Of a stretch of DNA of 64,000 nucleotides, positions 1 through 8,000 are shown piece by piece. Location of the stretch: positions 30,493 to 94,492 of the forward strand of contig JACPZA010000029.1 in the NCBI GenBank assembly GCA_016195715.1. Direction: 5' to 3'. Source of the DNA: Candidatus Daviesbacteria bacterium (GTDB lineage Bacteria; Patescibacteriota; Microgenomatia; Daviesbacterales; UBA10151). Position 1 is the first letter of the stretch; each line of letters begins with the position of its first letter. Made by a program: the position numbers and the translations under genes. The notes beneath the pieces are model-generated. The model saw nothing but the letters and a program-made list of their open reading frames with translations, made no database searches and was not told where the DNA came from.

Positions 1-449
1 GAGGATTGGTCAAGTTTAGTTTGGACTTTGCCTAATAACTCAGTTAATTTGTCTAAATGCTTAGTCATTTCATCTGTAACTTTTTTATTAATCTCAGCAA
101 AGGATCTATTGATTCTGTCAACTATTTCAGCTTTATTTTTATCTTTAAATTGGGCAAGTTTAGCTTTTAAAGCTGCTTCTTTGGTGGCAATTCTCTCTCT
201 AAAATCTTGAGCTCTTTGTTGCAAATTTGCTCTATTTACCTCAAGTGGATTTAAGTGTTGAGTTGAAGTAGTTGAATCCTGAGTGCCAAAGATTGGTTGA
301 GGTGCACCGATCACCGGGTTGGGTTTAACTACTGGCTGAGTGGTGGTGCTATTATCACTTGAGATGATAGAATCCATAGCATAAACTGGATAAAGAGGGT
401 TTAAAAGTAAAACTGCTGAAACTATTAAAAAACTGAAAATTTTCTTCAC
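1..449 (-). CDS. Secreted coiled-coil protein, partial (runs off window start; not in ORF track)
   Basis: GTG at 449-447 opens MKKIFSFLIVSAVLLLNPLYPVYA (signal-peptide-like), a T/P-rich linker and a K/E/Q-rich helical region; no stop before position 1. Confidence 0.75.
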   Translation of the reverse strand, partial: MKKIFSFLIVSAVLLLNPLYPVYAMDSIISSDNSTTTQPVVKPNPVIGAPQPIFGTQDSTTSTQHLNPLEVNRANLQQRAQDFRERIATKEAALKAKLAQFKDKNKAEIVDRINRSFAEINKKVTDEMTKHLDKLTELLGKVQTKLDQS

Positions 450-510
450 AATTTACTTTAACAACATTTTTTAATACTTGTCAACTATTAGTGCTAATCT
501 AGGGTAAAAT

Positions 511-560
511 TGGTATAATTTAATAAACCAGGACAGTTGTTGACACTAGCTCTTTGAAAA
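511..560 (+). promoter_or_regulatory. Extended -10 promoter followed by boxA-like antitermination sequence
   Basis: TGGTATAAT at 511-519; GCTCTTTGAAAA at 549-560 resembles the stable-RNA boxA consensus; tRNA lies downstream. Confidence 0.5.
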
Positions 561-575
561 ATTAATATTTTAATC

Positions 576-980
576 ATGCCAGCTATAACAAAAATTAAAG
601 GAGATCTAGGTCAAGCTATGATAATGGCTGACGCTCTCAGGCGTGGATATAAGGTAGCAATACCACTGGGTGAGGATTGGAGATATGATCTGATAGTTTC
701 TAAAGATGGAAAGTTGTTAAAAATTCAGTGTAAGTATACCGAAGCTTTTAATGGTGTTATTAAAGTTAGATGTGAAACCCATGATGGGCGCAGCTATTAT
801 AGGTACAAACCGGAAGATTTAGATTATATCGCAGTTTATGATAGAGTGACGGAAAAATGCTACTACATTAACAGTATTTATTTAGGAAGTGGAAGGGCAT
901 CTTTAAGCTTGAGAGTGATCAAAACTAAGAACGGTCAAAAAAAGAAAATACTAGAAGCTGAGGATTTTTTAAAATTTTAA
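576..980 (+). CDS. PD-(D/E)XK endonuclease, group I intron-associated (I-Ssp6803I-like) family, free-standing
   Basis: TKIKGDLGQ...PLGEDWRYDLIV...LLKIQCK motif pattern, 134 aa. Confidence 0.8.
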   Translation: MPAITKIKGDLGQAMIMADALRRGYKVAIPLGEDWRYDLIVSKDGKLLKIQCKYTEAFNGVIKVRCETHDGRSYYRYKPEDLDYIAVYDRVTEKCYYINSIYLGSGRASLSLRVIKTKNGQKKKILEAEDFLKF

Positions 981-1053
981 GCGCCCGTAGCTCAGTGGAT
1001 AGAGCAGGAAGGTTCTAACTTCAAGGTCGGGGGTTCGAATCCCTCCGGGCGCG
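981..1053 (+). tRNA. tRNA-Arg(TCT), CCA not encoded
   Basis: Cloverleaf: GCGCCCG/CGGGCGC acceptor, GCTC/GAGC D-stem, loop GT-TCT-AA, GGGGG-TTCGAAT-CCCTC T-arm. Confidence 0.93.
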
Positions 1054-1102
1054 CAAGTCCTATAGTTTGATTTAGTTGTTTCAATGTGATATACTGCTTT
1101 GA

Positions 1103-1573
1103 ATGTTTAACCTTTTCAATGGGTTTCAGAAGCTAAGTTTGAGTGTAGTTGCAGCCTTAAGTAGTATTGTTGCTTCTCAACCAGCAGTTGTGGCTAAAGC
1201 CCCAGTTAAAACTCCCTCACCAGTTGCCACAGTTATACAAGATACAGTTACTAAATCTGGTGAATACAATTACTCAGGCCAAAGTATTAAATATATAGTT
1301 AATTTTCCCAAGCAGGCTGGAAAAATAACAGGTAATTTATCCGGAACATGTTCTGGTCCAATTGATGGTAATTTTGATGGCAAAGAGGGTGGGCAAATTG
1401 AGGGAAAAGTTAGTGCAAGTTGCCAAGTTGCCTTTCTAAAACAAGATTTTGTAGTGAACTACTCTGGGAAATTATATTTAAAAGATGGTCGAGCTGATCT
1501 AAATTGGCAAGGAAATATTCCCTTTACTGAAAACCATGGTTCATTTACCCTAAACTTTTCTCCTGAAAAATAA
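1103..1573 (+). CDS. Hypothetical exported protein
   Basis: Hydrophobic N-terminus, P/T/A linker, G-rich beta region; promoter TTGATT-N17-TATACT ends 7 nt before ATG. Confidence 0.7.
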   Translation: MFNLFNGFQKLSLSVVAALSSIVASQPAVVAKAPVKTPSPVATVIQDTVTKSGEYNYSGQSIKYIVNFPKQAGKITGNLSGTCSGPIDGNFDGKEGGQIEGKVSASCQVAFLKQDFVVNYSGKLYLKDGRADLNWQGNIPFTENHGSFTLNFSPEK

Positions 1574-1589
1574 AATTATTTTCCAAAAT

Positions 1590-2006
1590 TTATTTTTCAT
1601 TTAAAATTTCTTCCAAGTTATTAAATAATTTTTGATTGGTAATAAATTGCAAAGCTTTTAAGCCCAGTTCTTGAGCTGTTTGAACATAATCTAATCCATC
1701 ATCAATAAACAAAACTTCATCTGGCTTTAAATTCAAATCTTTTAAAATAAACTGATAAGCTTTAGTTTGATCTTTAGGAGAACCAATTTCAGATACCGTA
1801 TAAATTTTTTCAAAAATAGCTTCTAATTTTGCTTTCATCTCTAAATCATTATTTAAATTACTAGAAGTGAAAATATATAGCTTATATTTAGATTTTAAGT
1901 TTTTTAAATAAGCTAGCAGCTCTTGATTTAGCTGATAATTAGAAAAGAGCTTATTATCCGAAACTAACAAAACATTAAAAAAATCCACCAAAAGCGCTTT
2001 GATCAT
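1590..2006 (-). CDS. HAD-superfamily hydrolase
   Basis: LLVDFFNV motif I variant, LFIDD motif IV. Confidence 0.75.
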   Translation of the reverse strand: MIKALLVDFFNVLLVSDNKLFSNYQLNQELLAYLKNLKSKYKLYIFTSSNLNNDLEMKAKLEAIFEKIYTVSEIGSPKDQTKAYQFILKDLNLKPDEVLFIDDGLDYVQTAQELGLKALQFITNQKLFNNLEEILNEK

Positions 2007-2046
2007 TGAGAGAATTATACCTCACTGCTAAAATAGCTTTAAATTT

Positions 2047-2601
2047 ATGGATAATTTAATAGTTAAAAATTTAAGAGGATTTGAGATTAAGTTTAAAACT
2101 AAACCAGGAGTTTTTTCTAAAAATAATTTGGATCTGGGAAGTCAGATTTTAATTGAACATTTAAAAGTTTCTGATAAAATTTTAATCGCAGATTTAGGCT
2201 GCGGTTCTGGAGTGATTGGATTTGTGGCAGCAAAATTAAATCCCAAAGGTCATGTGCATTTATTAGATGTAAACTTAAGATTTGTTAAGCTGGCCAAAAC
2301 TAATGCTAATTTAAATAAATTAAATAATGTCGAAGTTTACTTAAGTGATTTGTTTTCAGCAGTTGAGACCAGAACTTATAACCTTATTTTATCCAATCCC
2401 CCTCAGCATTTAGGCAATGAATTCTTGGAAGAATCCGCCAAAGAGTGTTTTAAGCACTTAAAAGTTTCCGGCGAAGTTTGGTGGGTGGTGCAAAAACATT
2501 TAAAAAGTTTTGTCGAGAGGTTATTTAATAATGTTTTTAAAAATTGTGAAGTCTTATATCAAGGTCAAGATTATGCACTTTTAAAAGCTAAGAGAAGCTA
2601 A
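2047..2601 (+). CDS. Class I SAM-dependent methyltransferase (MTS/RsmC-like small domain)
   Basis: PGVFS...DLGS, DLGCGSG and SNPP motifs. Confidence 0.85.
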   Translation: MDNLIVKNLRGFEIKFKTKPGVFSKNNLDLGSQILIEHLKVSDKILIADLGCGSGVIGFVAAKLNPKGHVHLLDVNLRFVKLAKTNANLNKLNNVEVYLSDLFSAVETRTYNLILSNPPQHLGNEFLEESAKECFKHLKVSGEVWWVVQKHLKSFVERLFNNVFKNCEVLYQGQDYALLKAKRS

Positions 2602-2634
2602 TATTTATGCGCATAAGTGTGCTACCATTAAATC

Positions 2635-5064
2635 ATGTCAAGCTTCATCAAGCTGCTTAAAGAAGTTTCGATTGAGGATGTTTCTGAGGTTGGCGGCAAA
2701 AATGCCTCCTTAGGCGAGATGATCCAAACTCTAACTTCAAAAGGAATTAAGGTACCTGGAGGTTATGTAGTTACAGCTTCAGCCTATCGATATTTTTTAA
2801 AGCAACAGAAACTAGATAAAGTTATTCAGCAAACTCTTCATGGATTAGATACAAAAAATTTATCTGTGCTTGCTGAAAAAGCCAAACAGATTAGGAATTT
2901 AATAACCCAAACTCCTTTCCCTAATGATTTAGGGGAAGAGATTAAAAAAGCCCATATCAGTGCAGAAAAAGAATACGGAAAAGGAGCTGATTTTGCGGTT
3001 CGGTCATCTGCTACAGCTGAGGATTTACCTGGCGCTTCCTTTGCAGGCGAACATGAAACTTATTTAAATATTTCCGGGGTTGAAAACATTTTAGAAGCTA
3101 TCAGGAAGTCCATGGCATCGCTATTTACCGAGCGGGCTATTTCTTATCGAGAAGATAAAGGTTTTGATCATTTAAAAGTTGCTTTATCAGTCGGAGTGCA
3201 AAAAATGGTCAGATCTGATCTGGCTTGTTCTGGAATTATCTTTACTTTAGATACGGAAACAGGTTTCCCAAATACTATAGTTATTAATGGAACTTGGGGA
3301 TTGGGTGAGCTAATTGTTCAAGGTCAAATCACCCCGGATGAATATTTAGTTTTTAAACCAACATTAAACAAGCCAAAACCAAAAACACTCAAAACCTTTT
3401 TTAAGGGTGATTTTTATAAGCCAATTATTAATAAAAAGCTGGGAGTAAAACATAAAAAAATGGTTTATGATTCTGTAGGTGCTTCCCCCACTAAAATAAT
3501 TTCTACCTCTGAAAAGGAACAATTAAACTTTGTATTAACTGATGAAGAAGTCTTGATTTTGGCAAATTGGGCAAAACAAATCGAAGACCATTACTCTAAA
3601 AAATATCAAAAGTGGACTCCGATGGATATTGAATGGGCCAAAGATGGCAAGACTAATCAATTATTTATTGTTCAATCCCGCCCAGAGACTGTTCATGCAG
3701 GCAAAGATCACTCTTTAGTTTTGGAATATATTTTAAAAGATTCAGCCAAGCCACTAATTTCTGGAGCAGCAGTTGGCAACAAAATTTCCACAGGTAAAGC
3801 CAGAGTAATTAAAAATGTTTCCGATATCAGGCAGTTTCAAAAAGGTGAGATATTAGTTACTGAAGTGACTGATCCAGATTGGGAGCCAATTATGAAAATT
3901 GCCTCAGCAATAGTTACGGATAAGGGTGGAAGAACATCCCATGCAGCAATTGTTTCAAGAGAATTGGGAATTGCCTGTGTGGTAGGAACGGAAAAAGCTA
4001 CTCAAATTATCAAAACCGGGCAGGAGCTGACTGTTGATTGCAGTGGCTCAGAAGGCATAGTTTATGCAGGCAGGCTAAAATTTCAGATCGAAAAACATGA
4101 TGTTTCTAAACTACCTAAGCCTAAAACCAAAATTATGCTAAATATTGCCACACCCGAGAGCGCTTTTGAAAAATCTTTTTTACCAAATGATGGTGTAGGG
4201 TTAGCCAGGGAAGAGTTTATTACTGCCTCCGAGATTGGGATTCATCCCCAGGCAATCCTAAATTATGCTTCTTTAGATGAAAAAATTAAGAATAAGATCA
4301 AAGGTAAAATTGTCGGTTTTTCAGATCCCAGAGAGTTTTATATAGAAAAACTGGCCTTTGGGATTGCACAAATTACCAGTGCTTTTTATCCCAAACCGGT
4401 TTTGGTTAGACTTGCTGATTTTAAAACTAATGAGTATCGCAGTTTGATTGGAGGAGAAGCCTATGAGCCTGTAGAAGAAAACCCAATGATTGGCTGGAGA
4501 GGAGCTTCTAGGTATTATTCAGAGGAATTTAACCAGGCCTTCTTATTAGAAATCCAAGCTTTTAAAAAAGTTATTGATGAATTTGGTTTAGATAATCTGC
4601 AAATTTTAGTTCCCTTTTGTAGAACTGTGGAGGAAGGGAAAAAGGTTATTAAACTAATTGAGGAGAATGGATTAGCCAGAAAAAACCATCCTAATTTAAA
4701 TATTTATGTAATGTGTGAAATTCCATCCAATGTAATTTTAGCTGAGGATTTTTTGGAAATTTTTGATGGAATGAGTATTGGCAGTAATGATTTAACTCAA
4801 TTGGTATTAGGGATAGACAGAGATGGTAATCAAAAGATTAGAGGGATTGCTAATGAAAATGACCTGGCAGTCAAAGAATTAATTTCCCAAGTGATTAAAA
4901 TATGTAAAGACAAGAAAAAATATATTGGGATTTGTGGACAAGCACCTTCAGATTATCCAGATTTTGCAGCTTTTTTAGTTACTGAGGGAATAGAAAGTAT
5001 CTCTTTAAATCCTGATTCTTTAATTAAAACTTTAAAAAGAGTTTATCAGGAAGAACAAAAATAG
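2635..5064 (+). CDS. ppsA: Phosphoenolpyruvate synthase
   Basis: VGGKNASLGEM, AVRSSATAEDLP, GGRTSHAAIVSRELG (phospho-His), SIGSNDLTQL, GICGQAPSD. Confidence 0.97.
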   Translation: MSSFIKLLKEVSIEDVSEVGGKNASLGEMIQTLTSKGIKVPGGYVVTASAYRYFLKQQKLDKVIQQTLHGLDTKNLSVLAEKAKQIRNLITQTPFPNDLGEEIKKAHISAEKEYGKGADFAVRSSATAEDLPGASFAGEHETYLNISGVENILEAIRKSMASLFTERAISYREDKGFDHLKVALSVGVQKMVRSDLACSGIIFTLDTETGFPNTIVINGTWGLGELIVQGQITPDEYLVFKPTLNKPKPKTLKTFFKGDFYKPIINKKLGVKHKKMVYDSVGASPTKIISTSEKEQLNFVLTDEEVLILANWAKQIEDHYSKKYQKWTPMDIEWAKDGKTNQLFIVQSRPETVHAGKDHSLVLEYILKDSAKPLISGAAVGNKISTGKARVIKNVSDIRQFQKGEILVTEVTDPDWEPIMKIASAIVTDKGGRTSHAAIVSRELGIACVVGTEKATQIIKTGQELTVDCSGSEGIVYAGRLKFQIEKHDVSKLPKPKTKIMLNIATPESAFEKSFLPNDGVGLAREEFITASEIGIHPQAILNYASLDEKIKNKIKGKIVGFSDPREFYIEKLAFGIAQITSAFYPKPVLVRLADFKTNEYRSLIGGEAYEPVEENPMIGWRGASRYYSEEFNQAFLLEIQAFKKVIDEFGLDNLQILVPFCRTVEEGKKVIKLIEENGLARKNHPNLNIYVMCEIPSNVILAEDFLEIFDGMSIGSNDLTQLVLGIDRDGNQKIRGIANENDLAVKELISQVIKICKDKKKYIGICGQAPSDYPDFAAFLVTEGIESISLNPDSLIKTLKRVYQEEQK

Positions 5065-5071
5065 TAAGTTT

Positions 5072-6082
5072 CTAAGCAGCTTGGGGAATTGTTAGGATTT
5101 TTGATACAGCGTTGAGATATACTTCAAACCCAGTTTTAATTGGATTTGGTTGTGTTGGAGAAGGAGTTGATTGGCCTAAGGTATGACGATAAGGGACTAA
5201 ACCTGGACAACGGGTAGTTACTGCCTCCGGTGAACGAAACCCTTTCTGCCGAGATAATCGTTCCCAAAATAGATCGCTTACTTTAACTGTAAAATTCCCA
5301 TCTGAGTTAGAATTTAGTTCAAAAAAATTAGCATTAAATCTGTCAGAGAGGTGTGCACTTAACTGATTCATTACTACTACGAAAGTATCAAGATTAAGCG
5401 ATGCTAGTGAGGCAACCACTGGATAGGTTAATGGAGAGAATTCCACTAATTGATTTAGGGTTGGTAGATTATTCAAATGTTTCCTGCAAAGATCAATGCT
5501 CAATTCTACTGCATAGCGGTCAACCTGAGTATTAGTACTCATTCCTCTAACCAGAAACCAGAAAGCCTGAGTTCCTAACGGTATGTCATTTCTATCATCA
5601 GCTTTGCTAACTAAATGGTCCAGTCTAAATAAGACTTGACGGTTAGAGTTCACACCGGGAGCGGTTAGTAAGTCACCAATTTCTTGCCTGATATCAGAAG
5701 AAAACGTCTTTTTTTGTAAAACTTCTAGAGCTTTTAATCGCTCAATTAGTTGAGTTGGATTATACTCATTACCCGTATTACCCACCACCAAAGGTGTTTT
5801 TAGTAATTTACTGGCCTCTTCCCCAGCAGCTTCAGCAGGTAAAAATCCGAATGGAGGACGGGTTGGAATTGCTTGATAAGTTCTTAATGACGCCCGAGCA
5901 ATCAGGATAGCAGCTAGAGCATTCCTCTCTGGTTTATCATGATCCCATTCACCATAAAAATCAATGAATTTTTGAGTAGGGTTAGGCGGTTGGAACCCTT
6001 GTCGAACGCTACTAACCTCTCTAGTTAAACTAGTTACTTTTCCTTGCAGATCCGGTCTTAATTCTCTAAGTCGATCAAGCAT
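5072..6082 (-). CDS. Hypothetical protein
   Basis: Long ORF; start moved to ATG 6082 because TTGACT-N17-TAAAAT ends 8 nt upstream. Confidence 0.7.
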   Translation of the reverse strand: MLDRLRELRPDLQGKVTSLTREVSSVRQGFQPPNPTQKFIDFYGEWDHDKPERNALAAILIARASLRTYQAIPTRPPFGFLPAEAAGEEASKLLKTPLVVGNTGNEYNPTQLIERLKALEVLQKKTFSSDIRQEIGDLLTAPGVNSNRQVLFRLDHLVSKADDRNDIPLGTQAFWFLVRGMSTNTQVDRYAVELSIDLCRKHLNNLPTLNQLVEFSPLTYPVVASLASLNLDTFVVVMNQLSAHLSDRFNANFFELNSNSDGNFTVKVSDLFWERLSRQKGFRSPEAVTTRCPGLVPYRHTLGQSTPSPTQPNPIKTGFEVYLNAVSKILTIPQAA

Positions 6083-6177
6083 AAGTAAGCATTTTAACAA
6101 ACTATAGGTTAGTAGTCAAATAACTTTAAGCTTAGTATACTTTCCTAAACTAAGACCTGGCTAAGAAATATGGGTTA

Positions 6178-7518
6178 TTAAATATTAAATCTTCTGTCAG
6201 CTAAGAAGGGGTTGGGTTTTCGATAGATTCGCTCAGAAGAGATTAATATAGCACGCTGGAGTGTGAACTCACCGTAGCGATCATTAATATTGTCTAATGC
6301 TTGAATAATTTTTTCTTGCCTTAACTTATCTTCTAAAAAAGTTAAATTCTTGGGGTTTTCTGGCTTTAAATTAGATATAGATACCCCAATCATTCTAATT
6401 GATTCTTTTTGCCAAACTGTTTGGAAAATTTTCCAAGCTCTATTAAATATTTCTAGCCCATCTTGAATTAGTGAAATTGTGACTTGCATACCATCAGATT
6501 TAAATTTATTTCCAGTCAATTTAAAATAATTTAAATCAAAAGCTGATCTATACCAACAACTAACAGTTTTACCAGCTAATTTTTTAGCTCTTAACCTTCT
6601 GGCAACTAACTCAGTTAATTTTAAAAGTGTTTGTTTAATTTCAATTTCATCATTTGTATCATGACTTAGAGTGTGTCTGTGGCCAATGGATTTGACCTCT
6701 GCTTTTTCATAAAAAGGAGTGATGGGAGAATAATTAATTCCCCTACTAATATCATATAAAAATTGTCCATAACTTTTAAATGCAGCAAGGAGCGATGCTA
6801 GTGGTACTTTTCTTAACTGCGCAAAGCTAAAAATTCCCAAATTATTTAAGCGCTTTTTAACTCTAAAGCCAATTCCACAAATTTCATCTAAATCAACTTG
6901 ATCTAAAACTTTCATAGCAGCTTCTTCATCTGCAATAATTGCTAAACCGTTAGGTTTAAAAAGGGAGCCTGCAAATTTAGCCATAACTTTGTTATATGAA
7001 ATGCCAATTGAACAACTAATCCACTCCCCCACCTCTTTTCTAATTTTATTTTTAATTTCTAAAGCAATATTTAATAAGGCGAGGGGTGGCGCGGAGTGAG
7101 AGGTCTCGGGAGTCGACCGCAGCGAAGTTGTTACGAGCGAGGACGCACCTGAGATACCGGAGCGACAGGACCCGGAGCCATCAGAAGGTAATTCTAAAAA
7201 TACTTCATCTATAGAAAAAACTTCTAAATTTGGAGAATAATCTTTTAAGATATTTAAAAATCGCTTAGTGCATTCTAAATATTTTTCAGAATCCCCCCTA
7301 ACTAAAATTAACTCTGGGCAAAGTTTTAGCGCTTCAGGCAAACTCATCCCAGTTTTAACTCCTCTAGCTTTTGCTTCTATAGATGCTGCACCTACTACAG
7401 TCCTAGAATCTCTATCTCCACCTGTCACTCCAATGGGTTTACCCCTAAGCCTTGGATTAGCTTGCTGCTCAACTGTAGCAAAGTATGAGTTAAAATCTAT
7501 ATGTAAAATTGTTTTCAT
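6178..7518 (-). CDS. dinB: Y-family DNA polymerase IV with an in-frame 37-aa insertion
   Basis: HIDFNSYFATVE, ASIEAKARGVKTGM, SIDEVF, KPNG, KSIGH motifs. Confidence 0.92.
   Translation of the reverse strand: MKTILHIDFNSYFATVEQQANPRLRGKPIGVTGGDRDSRTVVGAASIEAKARGVKTGMSLPEALKLCPELILVRGDSEKYLECTKRFLNILKDYSPNLEVFSIDEVFLELPSDGSGSCRSGISGASSLVTTSLRSTPETSHSAPPLALLNIALEIKNKIRKEVGEWISCSIGISYNKVMAKFAGSLFKPNGLAIIADEEAAMKVLDQVDLDEICGIGFRVKKRLNNLGIFSFAQLRKVPLASLLAAFKSYGQFLYDISRGINYSPITPFYEKAEVKSIGHRHTLSHDTNDEIEIKQTLLKLTELVARRLRAKKLAGKTVSCWYRSAFDLNYFKLTGNKFKSDGMQVTISLIQDGLEIFNRAWKIFQTVWQKESIRMIGVSISNLKPENPKNLTFLEDKLRQEKIIQALDNINDRYGEFTLQRAILISSERIYRKPNPFLADRRFNI
7078..7188. repeat. GC-rich imperfect palindromic insert inside dinB
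   Basis: 111 nt, about 66% GC in an AT-rich gene; arms 7102-7118 and 7141-7158 are imperfectly complementary. Confidence 0.7.
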
Positions 7519-7564
7519 TTTTATATGTTGACTAAATCAATTACTTGTTATAAGCTCTTCTTGC

Positions 7565-7792
7565 ATGGTTATCGAACAACGATCCGTAAGAACTGAAGCA
7601 AGTTTTAATGTTGAGGCTGCTTGTGGAGGTGTAATTCGAAACCCAGCTCTAGAAGGAAGACCAGTCACACCAGAACTTGTAGAAGCAACGGTGAGACAGC
7701 TTGCCTCTGGGGCCCGTTTTACAAATTTCATTACTGCTTTAGCTGTTAACCAACTACGTCGCCTTCCTCGACTTCCTCAAGAAACCATTTAA
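7565..7792 (+). CDS. Small hypothetical protein
   Basis: 75-aa ORF filling the gap between dinB and its upstream partner, on the opposite strand. Confidence 0.4.
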   Translation: MVIEQRSVRTEASFNVEAACGGVIRNPALEGRPVTPELVEATVRQLASGARFTNFITALAVNQLRRLPRLPQETI

Positions 7793-8000
7793 GATTTTTT
7801 AGATCAAACTTAAGTCTGTAGAAGTTTCCTCCAGAAGAAAGAGAAAAATGGTAAAATAGGCTGTCGCCAGTTTTAGTGGTATGAACTAAATTAATTTTAT
7901 CAACCTTAATTTGGCGATTTTTCCAGAAAAATACTAAAGGTTGTATGAGATTGCCCTTAAATAAAACCCAGACATTAATAGATTCATTTAACCTCATCAT
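7746..8000 (-). CDS. Small protein upstream of dinB (DUF6504-like)
   Basis: FFWKNRQIKV...YHFSL...YRLKFD...WFLEEV pattern; TTGACC-N18-TATATT ends 7 nt before ATG 8000. Confidence 0.6.
   Translation of the reverse strand: MMRLNESINVWVLFKGNLIQPLVFFWKNRQIKVDKINLVHTTKTGDSLFYHFSLSSGGNFYRLKFDLKNLKWFLEEVEEGDVVG

Noticed and set aside
28-210. Plus-strand 60-aa ORF
   Set aside because: Antisense shadow of the longer signal-peptide ORF at 449 to <1.
520-1053. Group I intron around the PD-(D/E)XK gene
   Set aside because: tRNA-Arg is continuous, no split exon is upstream, and there is no room for an intron core.
7078-7188. Intein in DinB
   Set aside because: Only 37 aa, with no N-terminal Cys/Ser block or C-terminal His-Asn.
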